From Rickettsiales bacterium (GTDB lineage Bacteria > Pseudomonadota > Alphaproteobacteria > Rickettsiales > UBA6187), in contig JBEVNR010000002.1 in NCBI GenBank assembly GCA_040507985.1, forward strand, positions 71,538-135,537: a stretch of 64,000 nt of DNA. The letters are read 5' to 3'. The position numbers and the translations under genes are program-made. Below, in pieces: positions 29,021 through 37,668 of the stretch. Numbering within the stretch: the first letter of the stretch is position 1; every line of letters begins with the position of its first letter. The notes under the pieces are model-generated. The model did no database searches. It was not told where the DNA came from and worked only from the letters and a program-made list of their open reading frames with translations.

Positions 29021-30331
29021 ATGGCCAACGACGACACCAACTCTCCCTTGCCGATGACGGCAGACGGCCGGGCGCAGAAACCCCAAGCGCAAGGCGCTAA
29101 CGCGAAAGGGCAAAAAGACACGCCCGAAATGGCGTTGCAGCGCGCGTCAAACGATGAGATTAAGAACGATAAAATCTATTCCCTACCTACGCTTATAGAA
29201 AAAAACTATAAAGCCATCTGCGGAGAGGGGGCGTCTTGGCCGCCTAAAGTCTCTAAAAATCCTGAAGAATGGGAAATGCAGGCCATTATTCCGGACGCCT
29301 TACGGGAAGCCGCCAATCGCGCCCTCGACAAATATGGAACGGAAAACGTTCCCGCCGGCTTTTATGATATTGCGTCCGCGATGTGCGCGGCAAAAGCGGT
29401 CAATGCCTATTTCGCGAAAAAAGACGCCGAATCTCCTCCGACGCAAGAAATGTCGGACGCTCGAAAACCGTTGACGGAGAAATTTCAGAAAAACGTCTTA
29501 GGGCTGCTAAAGAAAGGCGCCGACGCGCAAGTCGAAGAGCAAAAGCAACTGAGGGGAAAAAATCCCATCCTCTCCGCGCACAGGGAAATAGACGGCGCCT
29601 ATGAAAAATGGAATAAAAAACAAAAGGTAAAAGACCATTTAAGAGACGTTTTGCCGGAACCGTTTAGTTTAATCGGCAGCTTTCTTTACGAATTATTGAA
29701 GGCGGGCGTAAAAGGCATGGCCGGAATAGGGGCGGGCATTCTCAAAGCCGTCGGCGAGACGCACGCGATTCTGCAAGGGGCGGCGCATAAAAAAGAGATG
29801 GACGCCGCCTTTCAAGAGATAGCGGAAAATTATACCGGCCGGGAATCGACGGACTTTCTCAAGAAAATTCTCGATAAGGGCGCCGCGACCGTCGCCGCCG
29901 CCGAAGAAGAGAAGAGTCAACAAAAACACGCGCCACAACGGAGCGGACAAAGCCCCGCCGGGCAAGGCGTGGCCGGGGCCGCCGTCTATCCCCAAATGAT
30001 GCAGGCACAGCAACAGGCGCAACGCAATGCCGCCACTGCCGCGCAACCCTATCCGCAGATGCGCCAACCGGAAACGAATCAGCCGCAGACGGTGCAACAC
30101 GTCCCAAAACCGCCTAAACCTAAGAAAGGCGCCACCGCGAACGATCGGAAACGGGATGGAGGCGCAACGCGTCCCGCCCATCCCACCATGTCGGGCGCCA
30201 ACCCGCCGCCTTTTAACCCAAAAGGAGCGTTGACCAGGATGGGCGTGACGGCCGTAGAAAAAGCGACGCCCGGAGCGTCGGTGCGACCTACCGGAGAAAG
30301 GGGAAGTTCCGGCAGAAGCTCGGAACGGTAA
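29021..30331 (+). CDS. Orphan protein with a Q/P-rich, disordered basic C-terminus
   Basis: This 436-aa ORF has no family I recognise. It has a central amphipathic Gly-rich segment (LIGSFLYELLKAGVKGMAGIGAGILKAVG) and a low-complexity tail (YPQMMQAQQQAQRNAATAAQPYPQMRQPETNQPQ...PKPPKPKKG...). Confidence 0.6.
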   Translation: MANDDTNSPLPMTADGRAQKPQAQGANAKGQKDTPEMALQRASNDEIKNDKIYSLPTLIEKNYKAICGEGASWPPKVSKNPEEWEMQAIIPDALREAANRALDKYGTENVPAGFYDIASAMCAAKAVNAYFAKKDAESPPTQEMSDARKPLTEKFQKNVLGLLKKGADAQVEEQKQLRGKNPILSAHREIDGAYEKWNKKQKVKDHLRDVLPEPFSLIGSFLYELLKAGVKGMAGIGAGILKAVGETHAILQGAAHKKEMDAAFQEIAENYTGRESTDFLKKILDKGAATVAAAEEEKSQQKHAPQRSGQSPAGQGVAGAAVYPQMMQAQQQAQRNAATAAQPYPQMRQPETNQPQTVQHVPKPPKPKKGATANDRKRDGGATRPAHPTMSGANPPPFNPKGALTRMGVTAVEKATPGASVRPTGERGSSGRSSER

Positions 30332-30635
30332 TATATTAAACCATTCTTTAGCGTATATCAATTCTTATGCGAATCGCGTCCGCCTCTTCTTCTCACGTCA
30401 AGTCGCCGATTAATTTTTTCGTTCACATTACCGCTACAGTCGCCGCATATTCGCTCAAAAGTACAAAAGTAAAAATTACTTGCAATCAAAAATCAACCGA
30501 CAACCTGATACTTATCTCGAACTGAGGTTAAATGCCTTGAAATTTGTCTCTCCTTACGATAAAATAATTCCAGTGTTATGAAGAAAATCCATGCCATAAA
30601 ATAGTAGGACTAACCAATTATACTGGTCGCCTTCC

Positions 30636-33071
30636 ATGATGGACGCGTTTCCCGGCACGGCGTTATCCCTGCAACTGCTTCCGCTGATCGGCGCGACCGG
30701 GGCGGCGATAGGCTACCTGCTTTTTTTCTTCTGGAAGCGCAAGCTGATCAAAAGCACCAATTTCCAATGGCAGGAAATGATTCTCCGCACCGCCCACGGC
30801 GGCTATTACGTGTGGGATGCGGGGCGCGAACGGGAAGATTTCTCGATCAATCTCGTCAATATCTTCCGGCTGCGCGACGACCAGCAAAACTTTAAGGAGT
30901 TCTCCTGTTTTTTTGAAACCGACAAAGAGGCGTTCCAACGCGCCTTCGATAAGCTGGTGGACGGATCGCGCCAGCGTTTCACCTATAACATGATGGCGAA
31001 CATTTGTGGCAACAAGCGGAATTTTTTATGTTCCGGCTATCGGGTCGAGAATCGGGACTATAAATTCCAAGGCGTGATTTTGTGGTTTTTCGACGTCACC
31101 GAATACATGCTCAAAATGAACGAGATGCGGGAAGACATGCAACGCAGCCGCCGCGAGCGTCGCCACTTAAACGACATTTTGAACAATATCCCCGTTCCCA
31201 TATGGCAGCGAGACGGCGATTTTCACGTGCGATATTGCAACCTTGCTTATAGCCGCTACGTGGACGAGGACGACAAACATCGGGCCATTCCCGAAATCGC
31301 CCCCGTCCTGACGAAAGACGTCGTCGAGGCGGTGCGGTCGGAGCGTCCGTTCGACAAGGAGCACTATCTGGTCGAGGGAGGCGAGCGGAAGTTGCTGCAT
31401 ATTTACGAAATTCCGGTGCATCAAGGCGGAGCGTCGGTCGGGTACGCCGTAGACGTAAGCGACACGCAATATTTACGCAAACAGATAGAGGCGCACGTGT
31501 CGGCGCACGAAGACTTGCTGGAAAGCTCCTCCAGCGCCATGGCGATCTACGGAAAAGACACGCGCCTCATGCATTATAACCAGGCGTTCGTGCGCATGTT
31601 CGGATTGTCGGTCGAGTTTTTAGACTCCGCTCCCGCCTATTCCGAAGTATTGGAAAAATTGCGGGGATTGCGTCGCCTTCCGGAACAGAAGGACTTCGCC
31701 GCCTTCCGCAAGGAGCAAGTCGGGTTGTTTAACCGTAATCTCAAAGAGCCGGCCAACGAATTCTTCCACTTGCCGGATGGGCGCTCGCTGCGGGTGATCG
31801 TGATTTCGCATGCGCTGGGCGGGTTATTGTTCGTGTATGAAGACTTAACCGACAGTTTGCGCATCCAGTCGTCCTACAATAAATTGGCGGCGGTGCAGAA
31901 AGCGACGCTCGATTACTTGAAGGAAGGGATATTGCTGATCGGGTCGGACGGACGCGTAACCTTGTTTAATCCTCGGTTCCAAGAAATATTTCCGGGCACC
32001 GACGCATTTTTAGCGGAGCGTCCCCACGTGCGGGAATTGCTGGAAAAAACCCGCAACTCTTACGAAAACGTGGGGAGTTGGGCGGTTTTCCGCGACGGAT
32101 TCATTGAAAAATCCACCGGGCGCAACCATGCCTCGCTCATGCAAGAGATAGACGGGCGCATTTATAACGTGAGCTTCATTCCCCTGCCGGACGGTCAGGT
32201 GTTGGCGTCGTTTCTCGAAGTGACCGCCGCCGCCATGACCGAGCGCATGTTGCACGAAAGAAACAAGGCCCTGGAAGAGGCGGACAAGCTGAAAAACGAT
32301 TTCCTCTCCACCATCTCTTACGATTTACGCACGCCGCTTACGTCGATCATCGGGTTTTCCGACGCGCTGAAAGAGGAATATTTCGGCGGACTCGCCCCCG
32401 GCCAACGCGGTTACGTCAGGGACATTTACGGAGCCGCCAACCAGCTTTTAGCGATGATCAACAACATCATCGACGTGGCGCGCATTCGCGCCGGGAAATT
32501 CGAGTTGCAATGCTCCTCGTTTAAGACGTCGCATCTTATCGCCTCGGTCATGCGCATGGCGGACGGCGTCGCCAAGGAAAAAGGCGTCAGGCTCGCGCAG
32601 CTATCGACGCTTCCGCGCCGGGCCGAAATGTTTGCGGATATATCGCGCCTGGAGCAATTATTGTTTTACGTCACGCATCGCGCCGTCGTCGGGTGCGGAT
32701 TCGGCGGCGCGGAATTAACCCTATGCGCCGACCTTCACCGTAAGGACGGGCGCGACGGCGTAGAATTTAGCGTGCGCATGGCGTCGCAAGACGGCGGCGC
32801 CGACGTGCGGTCGGTGCGGGAATTTATTTACGGCTCCCCAAGCGGAGAGCGGATCGCCGTCAGGGGAGCGGATAAAAACGAATTCGGCGCGTTTCTGGTG
32901 CGCGACATCGTCGAGCGCCACGGCGGCCTATTGCATTCCGCCGACGCCTTGCGCGACGACAGGGTGTTTGCCTGCATCGTTCCCCAAAGGGCCGACATTT
33001 GCGCGGGGGAAAAAGACTCTTCGCCGACTGATGCCGCTTCTTCCTTAAACAACGCAACCAAAAGGCGATAA
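30636..33071 (+). CDS. divL: DivL-like PAS-domain pseudo-histidine kinase (Tyr in place of the phospho-acceptor His)
   Basis: The 811-aa product has an N-terminal TM segment and several PAS-like repeats. The DHp H-box reads FLSTISYDLRTPLTSIIGF, with Y562 (32319-32321) where kinases have SHELRTPL. This is the defining feature of Caulobacter DivL. Confidence 0.7.
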   Translation: MMDAFPGTALSLQLLPLIGATGAAIGYLLFFFWKRKLIKSTNFQWQEMILRTAHGGYYVWDAGREREDFSINLVNIFRLRDDQQNFKEFSCFFETDKEAFQRAFDKLVDGSRQRFTYNMMANICGNKRNFLCSGYRVENRDYKFQGVILWFFDVTEYMLKMNEMREDMQRSRRERRHLNDILNNIPVPIWQRDGDFHVRYCNLAYSRYVDEDDKHRAIPEIAPVLTKDVVEAVRSERPFDKEHYLVEGGERKLLHIYEIPVHQGGASVGYAVDVSDTQYLRKQIEAHVSAHEDLLESSSSAMAIYGKDTRLMHYNQAFVRMFGLSVEFLDSAPAYSEVLEKLRGLRRLPEQKDFAAFRKEQVGLFNRNLKEPANEFFHLPDGRSLRVIVISHALGGLLFVYEDLTDSLRIQSSYNKLAAVQKATLDYLKEGILLIGSDGRVTLFNPRFQEIFPGTDAFLAERPHVRELLEKTRNSYENVGSWAVFRDGFIEKSTGRNHASLMQEIDGRIYNVSFIPLPDGQVLASFLEVTAAAMTERMLHERNKALEEADKLKNDFLSTISYDLRTPLTSIIGFSDALKEEYFGGLAPGQRGYVRDIYGAANQLLAMINNIIDVARIRAGKFELQCSSFKTSHLIASVMRMADGVAKEKGVRLAQLSTLPRRAEMFADISRLEQLLFYVTHRAVVGCGFGGAELTLCADLHRKDGRDGVEFSVRMASQDGGADVRSVREFIYGSPSGERIAVRGADKNEFGAFLVRDIVERHGGLLHSADALRDDRVFACIVPQRADICAGEKDSSPTDAASSLNNATKRR

Positions 33072-33845
33072 TGCGCGCATGGCGTGTCTATGCATCGCCA
33101 CGTTATGCACGCGCACGAAATCGGCTGCGCAATTTTTATATAAACGTAGCGATAGGGCCAGCGTCGCGGCGTCTTTTTCGGCGACGTCTCCCGAGGCAAC
33201 GCCCAAAAACGATTTGCGCGAATGCCCGATGAGCAACGGAACGCCGGAATGTTTTTTTAACGTTGCCGCTCGCTCGACGATCGTTGCGCTTTGCGCGGCC
33301 GTTTTGCCGAATCCAACGCCCGGGTCAAAGACGAGCCGAGACGGATCGACGTCCATCCGCGCAAAATACCGCAATTTATCGTCGCGCCATGTTTTTAACG
33401 TCTCAATGACGTCACATCCCTCCGGCATGTGTCGCGCTTTGTCGGCCGGAACGCCCATATTATGCATAAAGACATAGCGCGTCTCCGGACGTGCGGCGAC
33501 GGCGCGCACGATGCGTTCGTCGGCGCCTCCCGAGACGTCGTTAATATAGTCCGCGCCGCATTCCAGCCCTAACGTGACGGAGGCATAGCGATAACTGTCC
33601 AACGATAGGGCCACGCCCCGCGCTCGGCACAGGGCGACCGCCGGCGCAAGAACGGGCGACAAGCGCGCCATTTCTTCCTCGTCGCTTAGGGGGGATGCGC
33701 CCGGACGCGTGGATTCGGCGCCGACGTCGATGACGTCCGCTCCCTCGTCGATAAGCGTTGCGATTCTTTTTAACGCCGTATCGGCTTCAAGCCCGTCGCC
33801 GGAGAAAGAATCGGAGGTAAGGTTAACGACGCCGAAAATGCGCAT
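33045..33845 (-). CDS. folP: Dihydropteroate synthase
   Basis: The 266-aa product contains MRIFGVVNLTSDSFSGDG, IDVGAESTRPGA and SLDSY...INDVSG...GVGFGK. Confidence 0.9.
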   Translation of the reverse strand: MRIFGVVNLTSDSFSGDGLEADTALKRIATLIDEGADVIDVGAESTRPGASPLSDEEEMARLSPVLAPAVALCRARGVALSLDSYRYASVTLGLECGADYINDVSGGADERIVRAVAARPETRYVFMHNMGVPADKARHMPEGCDVIETLKTWRDDKLRYFARMDVDPSRLVFDPGVGFGKTAAQSATIVERAATLKKHSGVPLLIGHSRKSFLGVASGDVAEKDAATLALSLRLYKNCAADFVRVHNVAMHRHAMRALSPFGCVV

Positions 33846-33964
33846 AATGCAAATTATTCCATTAATTTTAGAGGTTTTTATACGTATGGCATATCGTTAT
33901 TTCCGCGCCGGCGGGAATAGCGCACTTCGCAATCCTTTAACGAACGTTGAGCGTGGTTTTTAAA

Positions 33965-33982
33965 AAACCGGATCCCCGGTTT
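33965..33982 (-). terminator. Possible intrinsic terminator downstream of the membrane-protein gene at 34024
   Basis: On the minus strand the sequence is AAACCGG ggat CCGGTTT followed by TTTA. An alternative hairpin from the overlapping REP-like element is also possible. The T tract is partly inside the stem, so this is a weak call. Confidence 0.35.
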
Positions 33983-33996
33983 CACGGGGATGACGG
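33970..33996. repeat. REP-like short palindromic element, copy 1
   Basis: The sequence is GGATCCCCGGTTTCACGGGGATGACGG. It is 22/27 identical to copy 2 at 41397, and stem pairing is preserved. Confidence 0.6.
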
Positions 33997-34023
33997 TCCG
34001 TTGTTATTCATTAAGGGAAAACA

Positions 34024-34563
34024 CTATATTATGTCGTTCGTTTTTTTCCTTACATGCGGGCGCCGCGAAAGCGTGACCTCCTCTCCCCATTCTTCGGCTA
34101 TTTGCGCCTGTTTTTTTTCAAGCTTATACGATTTTTCTTCCGCCCGGGCGGTAAGGGCCAATATCGTCAGTTGGGGAGCAAGCCAGACCAGCATCCACCC
34201 GACCGCAGCGAATCCGTAAATATACGCCCACGCGTGAATGTCGTCAAAAAAACCTTGGGCGACGAGCGCCGGGTCATATTGCGTTCCTATGTCGAAAAGA
34301 AAAGGCAAAACCCCGACGACGTTGAACGCCGATACGGTTTTAGAGGCATGCTTTCCGCTTGACCTGTCGATGAGCGAGGAAAGGATGGAAGGCAACATCG
34401 CGACGACTAAAAACGCGAAGGCAAAATACGAGGCGTCGGCGACCCAGACGACTAAGCCTACCACAAAAAATTTTCCGGCCAGACTTAATTTTTTGACGCG
34501 TTTCCCGTGAGCACGGGAACCGCCCTCGGTTGCATTAGCGTCGACGGCGGTATTTTTTGCCAT
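34024..34563 (-). CDS. Multi-pass inner-membrane protein of unknown function
   Basis: The 179-aa product has 3-4 hydrophobic helices (FFVVGLVVWVADASYFAFAFLVVAMLPSIL; VGVLPFLFDI; YIYGFAAVGWMLVWLAPQLTILAL). Codon usage is GC-rich, like the core genes. Confidence 0.6.
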   Translation of the reverse strand: MAKNTAVDANATEGGSRAHGKRVKKLSLAGKFFVVGLVVWVADASYFAFAFLVVAMLPSILSSLIDRSSGKHASKTVSAFNVVGVLPFLFDIGTQYDPALVAQGFFDDIHAWAYIYGFAAVGWMLVWLAPQLTILALTARAEEKSYKLEKKQAQIAEEWGEEVTLSRRPHVRKKTNDII

Positions 34564-34582
34564 TGTCGCGTTTCGCTAGCCC

Positions 34583-35362
34583 CTATTCGTCGTCTCCCGA
34601 AGAAGAAGCGGCGGTAAGGGAACGCTCATCCACGATAATGCCTAGGCGCGCCGCCACTTTAGCGTAAGCTTCGATCAATCCGCCTTTTTCTTCGCGAAAG
34701 CGATCTTTGTCCAAGCTGTCTCCGCCCGCGTCCATGTCCCATAGTCGACAAGAATCCGGACTAATTTCGTCCGCCAAAATCAATTCGGGAAGCTCTTCGT
34801 TGTCGCATCGCCCAAATTCGATCTTGAAATCGACCAACGTAATGCGTAATCCGGAAAATAATCCCGTCAGTACGTCGTTAATGCGCATGGCCATGCTGCG
34901 CATTAGCTCGACCTCAAAATTATCGGCGATATCCAGCGCGTAAATATGGTCTTCCGTGACGAGGGGATCGCCCAGTTCGTCGTTCTTAAAGCAAAACTCC
35001 ACGATCGGCATGGATAATTTTTTGCCGCGCTCGACGCCCAGGCGCTTGCAAAAACTGCCGGCCGCATAATTGCGCACGATCACTTCGAGCGGAATGACCT
35101 CGAGCTTCCTGACCAACTGCTCGCGCATGTTGAGCGACTTAACGAAGTGGGTGGGAATGCCCGCCTGATGCAGACATAGCATAATGCGTTCGGAAATGCG
35201 GTTGTTCAATATGCCTTTGCCGGGAATGACGGCCATCTTCGCCTTGTTAAAAGCCGTGGCGTCGTCCTTAAAATATTGAATCAACGTATCGGGCGTGGAA
35301 CCTTCGTACAGAATCTTCGCTTTGCCTTCATAGAGTTTTTTGCGATTACGCTTGCCGCTCAT
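34583..35362 (-). CDS. purC: Phosphoribosylaminoimidazole-succinocarboxamide synthase
   Basis: The product reads MSGKRNRKKLYEGKAKILYEG...LIQYFKDD...NN.ISE...LEVIVRN.AAGS...DEISPDSCRLWD. The track ORF starts 10 codons earlier at 35392. The Met at 35362 fits the usual PurC N-terminus. Confidence 0.9.
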   Translation of the reverse strand: MSGKRNRKKLYEGKAKILYEGSTPDTLIQYFKDDATAFNKAKMAVIPGKGILNNRISERIMLCLHQAGIPTHFVKSLNMREQLVRKLEVIPLEVIVRNYAAGSFCKRLGVERGKKLSMPIVEFCFKNDELGDPLVTEDHIYALDIADNFEVELMRSMAMRINDVLTGLFSGLRITLVDFKIEFGRCDNEELPELILADEISPDSCRLWDMDAGGDSLDKDRFREEKGGLIEAYAKVAARLGIIVDERSLTAASSSGDDE

Positions 35363-35642
35363 GGATCTGCGCGCCCTTAAGAATGTTGTCATGGGGGAAT
35401 CCCGAATTAAGGTTAGACGAAGAAAACGTCGCGCCCGGTTTTGCCGCGATCCTCACCTTTATTTATAACTACCGGAAATGAACGTAAATAGCAATGAGCG
35501 CGTTATATTTTATGTATTGCTCGCTTTGTTTTTTTTTGCCAAGGGCGGGCAGCGGCAAATTCTTTAAAAAAAATACACAACCCCTATTACCGAACCTGCG
35601 GTAACGTGCGATACGCCGATAAGAATTTTCGTCGTCAAGGAT

Positions 35643-36473
35643 TTATTGGAAGCGAGAAGGCGAAACGAGGGTGGCGGAGTTACCTTGCCATATTTCTTCT
35701 CTGGCATTAGCAACAATTCCGTCATAGTCGGAAGAGAGGGAAGCGGGAGCTTTCCCTTTGGGGTTAACGCCTTGCGGGTTATGCGGAGCATCCTCCAAAG
35801 CGTGCCATGGCTGGGCGCCGTAGCCGCCATCGCTCGGCGGAAGAGACGGGGGAATGTGTGGAGCGGAAGTACTCCGAAAATTTCCATTAGTTGGATCTTT
35901 CCGAAAGATAACATCGCCATTCGGCATCTTGCATGCACCGAACTCTTGAGCTACGAAAAGATTATTATTAGCTATTACCAAGTTTGTTCCGGCGTTTGCT
36001 ATATCTGTTGCACGTTGCCACCCTGACATTTTCTCTTTATGAAGATCTTCTTGGATTTTGCGTTCTTGTTCACGCTCCATCCGTGCTTTTTCCTCTTCCT
36101 CTTTTTCCTTCCTTTCCGTATAACGTCTCTTCCAACAGCAACAGAAGGGCAATCGTCCTTTTCTGCCAAGCGTAAAATGGACAAGCAAGACAAGGCCAAT
36201 GAGTACGGAAGGAATGCCCAACCCAAGGCCGACTTTCAGGATTATCTCCCAAATATCGCCGTTCTGGGAAGAAGATGAGGCGGCGTTAGCGGAGGGAGGA
36301 GGGTCGGAAGAGCTATAATAATTTACGTCCGAAGATTGTGCGGAGGGAGCGGCCATCGCCGGAGGCAATCCGCCGATAGGGGTGGCGAGAAGCGGCTTTG
36401 CCGAAACTTCTAACGTAATTTGCGTTATGATCACGACGATCACGCGCAAAAGACAAAAAGGATCGCGCGCCAT
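35643..36473 (-). CDS. Orphan type I membrane-like protein (signal peptide, S/P-rich stalk, TM, CCC motif, E/K-rich tail)
   Basis: This 276-aa ORF lies in a lower-GC islet. The N-terminus is hydrophobic (FCLLRVIVVIITQI). A stalk reads SSSDPPPSANAASSSSQ, and the TM segment is ILKVGLGLGIPSVLIGLVLLVHFTL. After it comes GRKGRLPFCCCWKRRY and then KEKEEEEKARMEREQERK. I recognised no family. Confidence 0.55.
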   Translation of the reverse strand: MARDPFCLLRVIVVIITQITLEVSAKPLLATPIGGLPPAMAAPSAQSSDVNYYSSSDPPPSANAASSSSQNGDIWEIILKVGLGLGIPSVLIGLVLLVHFTLGRKGRLPFCCCWKRRYTERKEKEEEEKARMEREQERKIQEDLHKEKMSGWQRATDIANAGTNLVIANNNLFVAQEFGACKMPNGDVIFRKDPTNGNFRSTSAPHIPPSLPPSDGGYGAQPWHALEDAPHNPQGVNPKGKAPASLSSDYDGIVANAREEIWQGNSATLVSPSRFQ

Positions 36474-36667
36474 GGCAGGTAAATGAGGTCCAAGAGACTA
36501 GGTAAAACTCTCTATAACCGCTGAAAATACGGTAAGCGAAACAGTGCGTGCGTATATTTATCGAAAGGGTAGAGAGATTATACCGGAGTTGTAAAAAAAA
36601 TCCGGTTTTTTTTAAAAGACAAAACAACCGTTCAAAAATTTAAAAAAGACGAGAATCGACCGGCGAT

Positions 36668-37468
36668 TCACGAGAGACGAGCGAAAAAGCTTAAAAACAT
36701 ATTGACATAACACAAACAGACAAAGGCTTTAAGAACCGCATATAGAAACGTTGTGACGGCCATCAAGATTTTTTCAACCGTCGTCGCCATGCTGCGCATA
36801 AAAATCGCCGCGACGAATATGTTCAATCCGAAAGACGCGGTGATAAATATAAAAAATATGAACATGAAAATCCATTTCCGGAAAAAATGACGTATCATAT
36901 GACGTATCTTAGGTTTTCCGGAAGGATGGGAGAAAGTTGCGCAAGAGTCTTTTCGAGCATTTTGACTCGCGCCTACATCCGGGAAATCAATGGCGGCGCT
37001 CGATTTTTTAAAGATACCACAACATGTCTTAGGATTTTCGGAATCATAGGAGGCGCTGTTAGCAAGAGTGGCGAAGGAATTTTTTCTCGCGTTTTGATTT
37101 GCGCCGGCCTGACGAACAAATGCTTTCGATCCCATACGTATCCCGAAGCAAGTAACGTACAGCCACATTGCCATATCGACGCCAAGCAGGCAAGTCGCAC
37201 CTAAAAGCGCTCGACGAAACTTGGAATGAAGGGAGAGAAATTTTTTCTCTTCCTCATTCGGGGAAGCGGAAGAAAAAGGTTTAAAAACCGTGACTGCGGC
37301 AAAATTCTTCGGAAAGCGCCCGCGCATTCCCGACAAAAATTTTTCCTCGACGTAGAAGACGAAACCAAGAGTAAATAAATGAAGAAAAATATCCGCCCAT
37401 ATGCCTAACGTCAACAAAGGATACGTATAGCCTTTTCCGACTCCTCTAAGTTTGCTGAAAATGGACAT
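36668..37468 (-). CDS. Orphan multi-pass membrane protein with an internal duplicated motif
   Basis: This 266-aa ORF lies in a lower-GC islet. It has hydrophobic helices at both ends (LLTLGIWADIFLHLFTLGFVFYV; WIFMFIFFIFITASFGLNIFVAAIF). The loop contains AGANQNARKNSFATLA and VGASQNARKDSCATFS. Confidence 0.55.
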   Translation of the reverse strand: MSIFSKLRGVGKGYTYPLLTLGIWADIFLHLFTLGFVFYVEEKFLSGMRGRFPKNFAAVTVFKPFSSASPNEEEKKFLSLHSKFRRALLGATCLLGVDMAMWLYVTCFGIRMGSKAFVRQAGANQNARKNSFATLANSASYDSENPKTCCGIFKKSSAAIDFPDVGASQNARKDSCATFSHPSGKPKIRHMIRHFFRKWIFMFIFFIFITASFGLNIFVAAIFMRSMATTVEKILMAVTTFLYAVLKAFVCLCYVNMFLSFFARLS

Positions 37469-37668
37469 TTTCTAAAAAGGAACGTACTAACGTGTAGACG
37501 TCAAATCGTTAGCCTATAGCGAGGCATACAACTAGATGCCCTACATGGATTGACGTTTATGTTTATAAATTTATTCGGCACATATGTCCATATATATATT
37601 TCCTTGCGAAATAACGACGCTATAATAATTTTTTGCGCTAATAGGCGCGAACGTAAATATCAAGCATT

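Noticed and set aside
30528-30542. A CtrA-box-like sequence, TTAA-N7-GAAA, upstream of the divL-like gene. A similar TTAA-N7-AAAA lies upstream of fliK at 46695-46709.
   Set aside because: Only one TTAA half-site is intact in each case. In AT-rich spacers such half-matches are expected by chance.
36600-36625. The palindrome A8-TCCGG-T8 downstream of the orphan at 36668, considered as an intrinsic terminator.
   Set aside because: The stem would be almost entirely A:T with a CCGG core and no real loop. It is not convincing as a Rho-independent terminator.
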